64,000 bases of DNA from Marsupella aquatica (taxonomy: Eukaryota; Plantae; Marchantiophyta), in contig OZ316898.1 of NCBI GenBank assembly GCA_973895155.1, forward strand, positions 11,431,187 through 11,495,186, read 5' to 3'. The translations under genes were made by a program, and so were the position numbers. Under the pieces are notes generated by a model. The model was given only the letters and a program-made list of their open reading frames with translations, searched no databases and had not been told where the DNA came from. Position 1 is the first letter of the stretch. Every line of letters begins with the position of its first letter. This document shows positions 51,168 to 63,439 of this stretch, in pieces.

Positions 51168-54100
51168 CTTCAATTTCTTTATTTGCAACCCCACGATGCA
51201 CAGATCTCAACTTGCAGGCGGGGCCAGTGTGAATCCTAACAACTGCCAGAGCCATCGTCGGAAGATGGATCCCGTCCGGAATCAGGCAGGCTTCCCATGC
51301 TGAATCCCCTTCTTTCCCTTTCCCAGAGGCACCAGGCCACTGCCACACTGCCCACTCTGGTCCTCTAACACCAAATCCTCTTTCTTCTTCCCAAAGCTTC
51401 AGGGACTTTCTGTCAACGGGACTACTGCTGTCGTCCTCAACTTCGGCGAGGCCAACTCCTTTCCCACCTTCACATGTTCCCTTCCACAACAAACCTGTGC
51501 CGGACGGACGACGTCCCCAGACCCGTGCGGGACAGGACAACCTGACGTTCTCTTTCGCACGCAAGCAGAAAGCCACATCTGTGACTGCTTGCTCCGCGAC
51601 AGCCCCTACACAACTCTTCTGCGCTCCAGTTCGCTGCTAACTCCTCCACCCTAACAGCTAAAGGGCCTAACCAACTGTCAGATTCACTCGCAGCAGCAGC
51701 AGAAAGCCAATCCTGGTCATCCTCGCATGAACTATGTGTGTACACATGTCGATGAAGTGCACGAAGCCTTGTTGTCGGAGCGCTTCACCACCTGGTGTCA
51801 CACTAAAACCATCATTCCACCCTCTTGTCAAGCACTTTCATTCGCAGCCAGCCAATGCGCAAGACTCTCTAACCAAAAGCCTACTCCCACTCCTTTCTGC
51901 TTCCTCCCGGCCTGGGATCTCTCTACCCACTCCCCTCCCGCTGTTCTATAGTCGGGACGTCCGTCCGAGGCGATCAACGTGCATCAGAGTCCCCAAAAAC
52001 AGTCACCCGGTCCACCGCCCCTCCCCCCCGGCTTGAGCGGCAATCATACGACCGGCATCGGAGGAGCCTCGGACTCGAATGCGGTTGGACAAAGAAAGGC
52101 AGGAACGCAGTACACAACGACAGAATGAATGGCGCGCAAAGTGCGGGGGAGACGAATTCGTGCGAGGACGGAAACGAACAAATCAAACGAACGAACTGTC
52201 TACCGTGCTGCCTTTTTTAAAGCTACAGTACTACAGTCCAGTCGAACCGAACCGAGTCGTCGAGTCGAGTGGAGTTGAGCGGGTCAAGGGAGTCAGGCTG
52301 TCATCGACTTACTCCTAGGGCGACCATCACACCATCGTCCATGGAGGAGCTACGAAGACGACCGCAACTGCAGCAAGCGGCAATGCAAGGCCAAGCAAGG
52401 CAAGGCAAGCACAGCCTCCGCTTCTTCCCGCAGGAAAGCTGTTGCATTATTTACAGGTGCATCGAGGACGTTGCTGCTGCCGAGTTCCAACACGAGAGGA
52501 GAGTAAATTGGCAAACAGAGAAGGGCGAAGCTGAAGCAAGGCGACGCGACGACGCAACCAGAGAAGGCGGAGCCCACGGGAGACACGCCACTGGATCAGC
52601 AGCCGTCTGATGAGTTTGTTTGTATTCGTATTCGACCACTTACTTACTTACGGAGGACTGGGCTGTACAGTAAGCATCTCGACTCTCGAGGAAACGAGAT
52701 GCTGCATCGGTTGTGACTCTATTGTAGTATTGTGACTCCATTCCCTCGTCGCTCACACAGCTACACAAGTGTGTACTCCTCGTCAATCGTCATCCCTTTT
52801 TGAGATTCAACAGTACTGTAGGTTCGCGCAAAAAAAACAATTGAATGACCAGGTTTTGGCGCCCAGCTCATTAATGTTACATTCCAGCAATGGTGGGCTG
52901 GAACAATAAGCGTGCGGTTTCGGGACATGGGAACGAACTTAATTAATTCAATTCAGCATGAAAAACTTTACATGGAATGAAAGATATGCCACCCATAAAA
53001 GTTGTGCTGAAGAAATGGATTACACTTTTTGACCTGGAAAAAGTGAAACGATCACCTGCAAAAATCTAAAGCTGAAATATAAGGCTAAGAAAATAAAAAA
53101 TCTAAGATTTTTTTTAGGGTGAAAGAACCTTTTGTGAGAAAGAGATCGAGTTATCATGAACGGAATTCCTAGACCACAAACCTTATAACCTTTAGAGTAT
53201 TTTCAACAAGGTATTTTATGATGCATGCAAACACTAATTTTTGGTGGATCTAGTAATATTACCAAACTCCTGTAATTCCTATAATTCTCAAAATTGGATT
53301 AGAATAGCCCTGATCTTTTCAACAAATTTTTTTTAAGTGTTCCGCTCAATTGAATTAAAAAATCCTATCTTCTTTGCATGCAATGGGTCGGAGGAAAAGA
53401 AGTGAGGACCCGGGGTGAGCTGCAAGCAAACCAGGACCAGTCCTGGCAATCTGCTCAATCCCAATATTACTACTTCTTTGGTTTTGTTAGGCTATGTCTC
53501 TAATATAACCTAGTTACTTCCATGTATTATTTGCTTGAGTACCAAGTCCCATAGACCATGGGAGGGGTGTACCCAAGGGCCCAAACACAAAGTGAGTTTG
53601 CACTTGAAGGTCTTTAGGTGCTAAAGAGTGAGAGGACGAGAGCAAGAGATCGAGCACATTGACTATGGTGAGTGTAATCATTTTGCAACATTGGATGTCT
53701 CTCATGGTCATGAACATAACCTAGACAAGGTGAACCATGTACTTTTAGTGTTGTTATCTCTGGATGTTATTCACATGTATTTAGTAAGTTTTTTCAGTCT
53801 AGGTCGTTCCCCAACATATATGCCATTGCCTGAGTGGTCAATTGGCAACATGATGTGTGTGCACACAAGAAAATAGAGCTTGATGGATTGATGTGGGGCA
53901 AGAGAGGTGCATGAGCAACAAGAAAACTTCAAAATGAACATGAATGCTTGATGAGAAGCAAGACGTAGGGCAAGGGGGAACACAAAATAATTCAAGAGCA
54001 ATTTGCTTTTCTTTTGTTTTGCACAAGGCATCTGTCCTACTGGATTGTAGAGCTCCCATTGTCGTCCGATCAAGATCTGGCCATACTTGATCAGCGGTAC

Positions 54101-56890
54101 ACCCATTGGCTGGTCAAAGCAGTTTAGCATTCCTAACCATGGAAATCCCTTTCCCAAAAAGTGTGTTCACATTCTAATGTCTGATTGGACCTGACTTTTT
54201 GGGTTTTGCTTACTAGGTTTGGTTAAAGTCTCGTCCCTGTAGCCAAACCTGGTTGGGTCGGAGATGCTCTTATGTGATAAAGATATCAAGTTGCCATGAA
54301 TGACAAACTTAGATCACTAATTCTACAGACTATAGACAAGAGAGTCTTTAACATTTTTATATTTTTCTCTATTGTTTGTTTTGTTTTTTATGTTTATGTT
54401 TATTCCTTTTGTTATTCTTTTATTTTTAAACTTTTTATAAAAACTAGATATTTTATATCTTGGACAGGCAGGGTTATGTGTAGATCTGAGATTGCACAAA
54501 AAATTAATACTTTGGTGATTGGCTAGGATTTGCGCTCACCTTTCTTGCGTTTTGTGAAAGCACCATCCCACTTCTGGTGAGATTGTTTATTACAGCGCTT
54601 GATTTTATTATTTAGATAGTGTTGGACCTTTGTCATTTAAATCCTTTGTATGCCTTATCAAAAGCTTCTAGCCACAATTTAAAACATTCTCGTGAAGGGC
54701 AGAAGTGGGGTCAAGGCAAACACGGTTGTAACTAATGGTGGATTGGACATGGCATGAACTTCACACTTTGTTATGAGTGAACATGAACCTGTTTGTTACA
54801 TTGATAAGGACAAACTCAATGATACAACATAGCATCAAGTTAAAAAGACATTTTGTAAAACTGCCCATCTCGTAGTTGTTGACAATGCATGCACAACAAG
54901 TTCATTTTTTACTCATAGATATGCTTTAGGAGAGATGCACTCAGATTCCGTTTTAATGCCATCTTGTCTTTTAGTACCATGGTGCAGTTATGAGCAATAT
55001 CGATCCAATTCACGCCACAAAATTGAGGACACCTACAAATTCAATGTATCCCTCCCTCATTCCCATTGCTAGTTTCATCTTAATTAGCAGGCCATTGCTC
55101 TGTCCCATACAAACAAGCATTTCCCATACGGGTTCCCATGACTGTCTTGCATTGTTCCAAACTTGACCTTCAAAGACTCTATCCGCCACCCTACAATGGA
55201 GATGACATTATATGACGGTCTCAATGACGGTTAGTGCATAGACAATATTTGTCACAAGATCAAAGGGAGAGAGTAGAGAATGCAGATCGCAATGGCAGCT
55301 CCCTAGGCTTATCCAAAATTGCACGTCAAGAGGATTGGGCATGCAGCAGCAAAGCCATAATTGCAATTGCATGTTGGTGCGGAGGACATATCCCCTAACT
55401 TGGCTCATCGTCAATGTAATTTAGTGTACTGAAATTGGATTGAGAATCAACTTTTTGGATGGAAGCCTTACAATCATGGCTCAACTCATGCAATTACAGG
55501 GTCTAAATTACTTGGGTTTTGAGACAAGAAGTGAGACGAATCAGTTACATGAATTTTTTACAAAGAGTGCTGGTCCATCATGGCCTTTTTTTAAATGCTT
55601 ATATATATATGCTTCTGTTGGGGCATTGGAAAGCTGCAGAGCAGGACTACTACTATTGTGCCACCCAGTTTGCATAGGTTGGACCTAAGAGAAACATTCA
55701 TTCCTGTCCATGTTAAGAAATAACCTCCCGTACAAGAATCCTGGATCGACAAATAAGCAATAGAAACCAGACACAGATGGTCAGGAGCCTGTTTGCAAGT
55801 CACAATTCAGTTAAAATTGTAGAAGATGCTACCCAAGTAATTTAGACATTCTATGGAAACCGAGATGCAAACTTATCTGAGCTTCACAACAATTAAAACC
55901 CTTAGTTGGTCCTTTCAGACTTAAAATTCAATAATGCAAGGCCACAATATTATTCTCCCATTTTCAAATTTTCAAACTATAATCAATAAATGTATTGAGC
56001 ATCGGATGGACCAAGCCGTCATCCTTGCCCATCCTCATCTACTGTGTAAAGTCATTATTTAGCTAGTTTGTATTTGAAGAAACAATGACCATATGCTTTT
56101 AGGAAGGAAATTCCACTTTGTGAATGACACTCTAAGTAGTTTGGCCATGAGCAACTACTTACCACAAGATGAATTAATCCGTGGACCCCATGTTCATCAA
56201 GGAATGTGTGTGTGATGAAGTGAGATTAATTTTCAGCAAGGCGGTGACTGATGGTTTTGAGTCTCCCGGTGATCTTGGTGTGTGCTTGTACAAAAGAGAA
56301 TGCTCAAAAAATAGAGGAGATCCATCTCGTTGAGATGATTTCTCTAGATTATCAAATGGAAGGATGAATGTGGAGGAATTGAGTTTTTTTTACATTTTCC
56401 GCTTACACATTGGAGAAATCATGTTTCTACCATTCCTTATTGATTTTTTGTGAGTTACGTTGAGTATTACGGCCACAAGACAAACCGGAGGACAACACTC
56501 AGCTGTTGGCGGAAGAGCGCTTTTCATTTTGGTGGGAAGAACGCACAAAACGGACGAGCCATCACTTCACATGAAAGTTTTGTAGTTTTTTTATTTAAGA
56601 AAGCTATGGTGTGAGGGGAGACCAACGATTGTTTCTTTGACATAGAGGATGCATTTGGCGTCAACCTGTGTTCAGAGTGAGATTCAATTGAAGCCTGGAG
56701 GGATGTAAACAATTCAAGCCAGGAAGCAAGCGGTGCGGACAAGCGATGGCGACATAATTAATTGAAAGAATCAATTTGCAACGGCTAAATTTGAGACGGT
56801 GACGGGATTGTGACATCTCTTCATTGAGAATGGGAGGTGGGCATATATTTTATGATGTTGCATTTCTTGAGTCGGTGATGGTTCTTTAAG

Positions 56891-58730
56891 TGTGTGTAAG
56901 TTATACGCCCGGTTATACGATCATACAGAATCCACCATTCACCTCAAGTGGTGGACCTTGCCACCCAGCGCCCTCACCAATCCCAGCACTCACGCCTAAG
57001 TGCCCTTGGTGCCCAAACGCCTCCACGGAATACCTCGAGCAAGCACCCTAGTGCCCCTTGCACCACTAGTGGCCCCTCCCATACGAAGCCGCACTTGCTC
57101 TCCTACTCGACCGCTACTCAACGGTCCTCACTGTCTGCACAAGCAACCAAGCATCTCGGTAAGTAACCCTTCTAGATCTAGAACTCGCCAAGTCTAGCAT
57201 CCTAACTCAAGCTCAATAGACGTTGGTAAATAGGTCAGCAATAGGTCCTCCCAATGCCATAAGCCAAAACCAGAGCCCTCGCCCACTGTTCGTCCAGAAC
57301 AGCTCCTTCCTTGGGCGCAGCCCGGGTTCACCCTCGTACCTATCCATCACCAACTAACCGCCTTGACCTCAGGACATGCTTATGGCCCAAATTAGCGTAG
57401 CTTGTCCTAAAGTTTGTCTCAAGCTTGTCCCAACACGCCGGGACCAGAATGGCCCCGACTCTAGAATCCAACTCCCGGTTTACCCCACTGATGGTCTGGG
57501 GGCCAAACACTTTTGGGATTCAACCCCCACACCTACTTGGCCTAGCCTCCCCAACGCCAGCTCCCTAGGGAGACTGAACGCGGCTTGGCTATTATTCGGC
57601 GGGATTTGGCAAGCGGGCAAGTTAACACCCGCAAGCCCCGAGAGCCCAAGGTACCCCCAGTCTCAAGATCTTTCCAACGCACCCAAGAAGTTCTCCAACG
57701 GACTTCCCGTTGGGAAGATATTGTCACTTCTGTTTGGCGGTCTCCCTTAGTGTCGTGACCGCCGCGGCTCACGACTTCGGCTCGCCCTTAGCACCCAGGG
57801 AGACCACTCCCCTCATATATGCTTATGGAGACCTGCCACCCCCAGACCAGCTTTGGTCCCTAAACATTTGGCCCCCAACCCGGATCCCATCGCGCATAAT
57901 GGGCGCGTCACCAATTGGCAACGCCCATAACTTTCTTGATAGGCATCCGCAAGTGGAGTGCCTTAGCCCGTTGTGATCTGCAGGCCGACCCGATACTCAG
58001 GTATGATCGCCGCTCAAGGCCCCCGACCGGCCCAACCCGGATTGGGCCACAACTTGCGCCCCAAGCGTCCGTTGCCAATGGCGTCAACTCCATTGGCCTT
58101 GGGCCCAAGAGGAGCTCACACCTCGGGGGGGTCACTTCCATGGAAGTGGCATATCATGTGCGACAAAGTATAGGGCCATTTAAATGGTTTTGGCGGAAGA
58201 CTTATTAAGTCTTCTATGGAAATATAGGGTTGTTTAATTGCAAAATGCATACGTGTCATCACATGATTGGTGTCGTACAACTTTCTAGAAAGTGACTTAG
58301 GGGGGTCATAAATGACCCAAACCGTCGCACGTGATGTATGACCCCTCATATAGTGACCCCCCCAAGGCTCACACTCAAGCCCTCAGAACTCAAAGTCCAT
58401 CCGGAGGTCCAGGTGGCCATCCTTGAGCCCGACTCATTTCTCCTTGACCCGACCAGCTCTCAACTAGTCCAAGTCCTTAGTGTGTGTCACCAGCTTGGCT
58501 CCTTGCCTCGCTAGCACCACGTCTCGTTGCCCACAAGTCTCCCCATGTTAAGTCCTCCCCAGATGGCCTATACGGGCCTGGACCATAAGGGAGCTCAGCG
58601 TCGAAGTCAGCGACACCGGAGCTAAGTGTTAAGGTAGTCGAGTTCCGCGACTCCTCACAACTCAAACTCAAAACTCAGTTGAAGATCACGTTTCTTTGAC
58701 GCAGTGTAATAGAATGGTAGTACCCCTTTC
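56891..58730. mobile_element. GC-rich ~1.85-kb non-coding insertion, possibly LTR-derived
   Basis: Sharp GC increase relative to the flanking repeat; absent from copy 1; TATA-like GCATATATGAGGGG on minus (~57809-57823); no recognisable protein; TSD not cleanly verified. Confidence 0.35.
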
Positions 58731-61700
58731 ACAATCATCTCTCGTTGGTATCTCTCTCATCGAAAGTATAGGGTAATGAGGGTTTAGTCAGCCGTTACCA
58801 GGGTGTAACGGGCGACCAAGTTCTGACAGAAGGTTGACCGGCGGGAGCCGGGAAACCTTCGGGAAGAACCTGGGAGCGCAGGTTACGCTCGGTAACGAGT
58901 GATCTGAACCGTCATTACTCGACGTAACGGAGGGTTAGGATTTGGCGACTCCCAATAGCCGGTGCACCAATGAGAGAACTGGGCGACAATCAAAATAGTC
59001 AAGGGGCAAAGCGAAGCGCTACGGGCTCAATCTGCTCATTCAACGTTTCATAGGTTTTCAGTTTAGGTATTTTGAGGAGGCGGCGACACGCTGCTGCTTT
59101 CTATCATTCGATACTGTGCTCTGTGTGCTCGATGTTTGTGTTTTTGTGGATGGCGCGAGCGGGAGTGCAAGCTGCTGCCAAGGCGTCCTTGCTTTGATTG
59201 GCGGGGTTCTGTTTGTGATGGACAATCATCAACTTGCGGAGATGATTTCAAATGGATCAAAGAAGACTGAAGCTCGATGGTGATATCCTTTCCTGGCATT
59301 ACGTTTATATTTAAGATTGTGTTTCATTGTTTCAGAATCATTCGAACTCCATCAATGGAATGACACTGCTGGAAGCTTTTGATCCTGTTTCATCATATTC
59401 AATCATAACTGCGGGTCTAATTCACGTTATGGCAGGAAGTGAAGCAGTGAATGATGTGAGTGAGGATGTGAGTTTGGATCGACTGAGTGCGGACGAAGAT
59501 AATGTAGATGCGCTATTCTTTAACGAGTTCGAGGATGTTATGGGCGTGGAGATTGACATGGAAATGGTTTATGATGTCCCTGTGTCTGTGGTTTCAACAG
59601 AGTCGCTTGGTGAAGCAAGCTTGGAGGTGAGCTCTCTTTCGCTGAGCATACCTGGTTTACGATCGGTTCCAGATCAAATGCTAGCTGATGCTGGGAGAGG
59701 GGAGGAGAAACTCCCATCGGACCAGAATGATCGATGGGCATTGAAACGTGCTGACTCGCTACGTGCTGCCCTGAATTGGGATACGTCAATTTTCTTGGGA
59801 GACTTACCGTTACACATGCTCAATTTGCTCCTCAGTAACCTTTTCTCCAGGGCTGTCAAGGTTGATGGTAACACGTATCCTTCCTCAACACTAATGAACA
59901 TGATGAATGCATTCAACCGTATCATTAGACGTGCAAGTGATCTCAGGTCTGTCAGAGGACAAGGTAATCTGATCGAGAAAGGGTTCAATATCAACTCTCA
60001 TCCCGTTTTTGCAAAGACTCGAATGGTACTGAAAGCTGCAGTCAAGAAATCAGCACGGGAGGGAGTGAACAAGAAACGAAAGAAGGTAAGTTCTCTTATT
60101 TGTTTCTAGTTTATTGCCAGGTTTCTTGATCCGTTTTTATATTGCTGAGTTCTTTATGTTTGTTTCTGATGTCTGTATCCTATTGTTCACAGGCTGAAAT
60201 AATTACGGAAGAAATGGAGACCGCAGTTCTAGCAGATATAGATCATCAAATAACCAGCCCCCATGGATGCCAGAAGCGTCTTGCCTTCTTTTTCTTGGTT
60301 CGGCTGGGGATTCGAGGTGGCTCGGAGTTGTACAACCTGATGAGACACAATGTTCGGCTGTGTAGTGACAAGCAGGGACGAGAGTATGTGCAGTAAGTGT
60401 CGTAGGCTCTATAGGACGTTTCCGTTTATCATTTTCTTGCTGGATTTTAGCTTGTTTGATATCTGACTGGATTTCAGTTTGTTTGCAGTTTTGAAGAAAG
60501 AGAGAGCAAGAACAATTCGTACTCCCTTGATCGCTACAATGAAGAACAATTCTGTAAATTGTTTTACAGTTATGAGATTGATTTTATCATTTGTTTGAAA
60601 CAGTATTTGCGACATTTGCCTCCTCTGGAGGGTGACACAAAACCAGACCTTTTCTTGGGGCCCATTACTAACCCTGTGAGCAACGTGTGGTACAATCGTA
60701 AGCATAAGGTTGCACAGGAACGGGCTGGAAAGTGGCTAAGTAATATGTTGAGTGTGGTTGGATTGCCTCGTGACCTGTTTTCAAACCGCAGTGGAAGATC
60801 CACTCTAGTAACTCGCATGGCAGCCCGAGGAGTGCCTGACGAAGTGGGGATGATGATTAGTGGTCACCATACAAATAGTGGATACTCCAGATATGATCGA
60901 ACACAAGAGCTGAAAATGAATGCTGCCGTTCTTGTTTCTGCCAGTACAAATGTGGATTACGAGAAAGCCTTGATAGAAGTGTCCAAGCAATTTGTGGAGG
61001 AGAAGGTTGTTGGAAACTCGGGACAGTTAAAACCTCTGATTGAAAAGATCAGCTCGAAACCAAATCTGCAGCTTTCAGTTATCAGCCCACGATGTGAGGT
61101 ATGCTGGTGTCTCTTATGTTTAGATATCTGTGTTGTATTTGTTATCTGGTTTTTGTCCGGTTTGGAGGCTTAATACTCTTGTTGTTGGTGACAGGAATCA
61201 AGCAGCAGTAAAGTGGATGAGGAACGGGTAGTGAGTCAGACAAAGAAAGGCAAGCAGGTTCGTAGTTTTGTTTCAGTGTTTGTTCTGCTCTTGTATCCAC
61301 ACCTTACATTTATTCTGCTCTTGTACTCATACCTTGTTGTGGTTTGCTATTACAGGAAGCACTTGAAACAGTTGAACCTGTTGACACAATAGACCGGGAG
61401 CGGATGATGGCTGAGTGGCACAAGAAATTTGATGAGATCGACTGGATATCAGGGATTGCCAAGAATGATCCAGAATTTTCAGCTCGAACTTTCAGTGGAG
61501 GCACTAGTAGTTCTAGTATTTCTGTTGGCAATAGTCTCTCAGGGAATAGATTTGAGAACTGCACTATCACCTTTATTGTCAAGGATGATAAGGAGAATAA
61601 AGATCCGAAGAAGGAGACTTGATGTGATTCAGGAGATTCAGTTTTTGCATAGCAAGATTCAATCCATGAGTTTCCTGGATGATCAATTGTTTCTTTCCGT

Positions 61701-62358
61701 CAATTTTATCACAGGATTCATGATCTAATGATCCCTTTGATTTCAATAAAATGTCGAATTTCAGAGATTACTGAATGCTGTGATGGTCTTTCGACCTGAG
61801 TAATACAACTACTGTATTGTAATGGAGTGTATTTTTGAGTCCTCAAACAAAAATATGCATAGGACAGTGAGTTGCAACGCTGCTCGCTACTCATCGGAAG
61901 CAAATGTGATGGAGAGAAATTGTGAAGTCCCATATTTGGGAAGTGTTGTACTTGTCCACCGCTGTATCCATGGAGTTCATACGACAAAATATCTTACCAA
62001 AATCAAGTTATTAAATTGAACTCAGACTGTGTGGACGGAACATTCAAATTGGATGGACACCTGTCAAGGATGGACGGAATATGCCATTTGCATCAAGAAC
62101 GTACTATTTCCGTAAGCGGATTATTACATTCCATAGGCCCATTATGACATTCCGTAAGTCAATTATGAAACTCAGTAAGGAATTATGTCATGTCAGACCG
62201 GATATTATGGAAATAAACAAGTATGATGGAAACCTTCACCAGACGGTAAGCCAAACCCTAAGCCTCTGTTACGAGAGAGGATCAAGTATGAGCCGTTGAC
62301 AATCATCTCTCATTGGTATCTCTCTCATCGAAAGAGAGAGGATCAAGTATGAGCCGTT
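58731..62358 (+). mobile_element. Crypton-like tyrosine-recombinase element with miniature split direct repeats A1...B1-A2-B2
   Basis: A1 58731-58766 = A2 62299-62334 (36 bp, 1 mismatch); B1 62273-62297 = B2 62334-62358 (25 bp, identical); single YR gene between them; no RT or gag; no long TSD. Confidence 0.85.
59429..61622 (+). CDS. DUF3504/Crypton-type tyrosine recombinase, at least 5 exons, ~598 aa, open throughout
   Basis: Exons 59429-60085, 60193-60392, 60489-61098, 61195-61257, 61356-61622 join in phase. Motifs VKVDGNTYPSSTL, LGIRGGSELYNL (R), EERESKN (K), LFLGP...WY, SNRSGRST (HxxR position, H replaced by R), ISGH (H), YSRY (Y), C-terminal FENCTITF. The start may lie in an upstream exon 59252-59279. 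Confidence 0.88.
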
Positions 62359-63439
62359 ACTTACGTTCTTTTAGAAGCAGTTATCTAACTAATTACATAT
62401 TAAACAATTAAAAACACTCAAAATATAACTAATATGAGAAAAAAATACATCTTTTCCTTTGTATTATGGTGTTTTTAACGCTTAATACTTACGGCGTGGC
62501 ACCCCATAATTTACACGAATATGAACACAAACATGAGAAGGACCTTTTAGTTTTCCAGAAACCCTGCTCTATCCTGTTTGTCACCATCCTCGCTGATGTG
62601 GTGCATTCTCTTGGCAGCAAATTTGCAAGGAACCTTTAATGGGGGTCTATAACTAATGAAGACAAACTCCAAATAATCAGGACATCATTTACAGGTCAAA
62701 ATTACAGCTACCTCCAGAAGAGGTTTTCTTTCAATTCTTTTCAGCCGTTCTGCCCAAATTCATTCCCAACTCTGCCTTTCCATCCAAGATTCACATTCAA
62801 CCCGCCATCCTAGCTTAATTTTCTTGAAAAGTTAGTGCAAGCTGTTTTGTTTTTCTCTGTACGTTGGATTTCATTATACCCCTTAAGAGCTTTTGTTGGC
62901 ACTCATTTTGTTCCCCTTTTAAATTGCTCCTCGTCCATATAGTTTTCTTTAGTTTTCTCCATACTGACAAAGTATGGGTACATAAGTCAACTCAACATTT
63001 GAAGGATCCTATCCAAACTTAGAAATCCCATCAGTGAAAGTAAAAGGTTCCAAAATTTTTGTGGTTATAAAAGTGGCACTTCAACAGTTTAAATTAACAC
63101 AAAACACGGTAAAACCCTGTAAAATGGACTTAAAACAAGCCAAGCTGGTATCCTTGTTACAATCAATGTGTAAAGAAGTAGTAAACAAGGCCCAACTTTA
63201 CAAACATGTTTAGAATATTCTTGTAGTTCCAGCTGGCAGCAAACTTTTCTACTATACTTTACAGGAAAATTTATTTTGACAAGGGGACGGGATCTCAAGC
63301 TTGCAGATATGTTTTGCTCAGGGCAAGGGATCTTAGGAATGTGGAGTAATTGGGGGGTAAAACCTGTTATATATGCCCCACTGGTAATGTAGAAATGAGG
63401 CAAACAGAAAGTCAATTCAACAATCAACCACAACATTTC

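Larger units (their letters stand above)
56172..62656 (+). mobile_element. Copy 2 of the 35370-36820 repeat, interrupted by nested insertions
   Basis: 56172-56830 aligns to 35370-35990; ~62370-62656 aligns to ~36500-36815 and ends ACCTTTAATGGGGGTCTATAACTAA|T. Confidence 0.75.

Noticed and set aside
51160-51576. 138-aa upstream ORF overlapping the hydrolase start
   Set aside because: Begins at GTG and has no recognisable homology; probably 5' leader sequence, at most a short uORF from an internal ATG.
53514-54160. Possible LINE or other TE coding relic
   Set aside because: No RT, endonuclease or transposase motif could be read with confidence.
56891-58733. Clean TG...CA solo LTR call
   Set aside because: No 5-bp TSD, and the terminal ACA belongs to repeat A1 of the YR element; kept only as a low-confidence insertion.
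58731-62358. Complete DIRS/PAT/Ngaro retrotransposon or bacterial/phage integrase contamination
   Set aside because: No gag, RT or RNase H and no room for them; the gene has spliceosomal introns and DUF3504-type motifs, and is nested in a repeat found elsewhere in this window.
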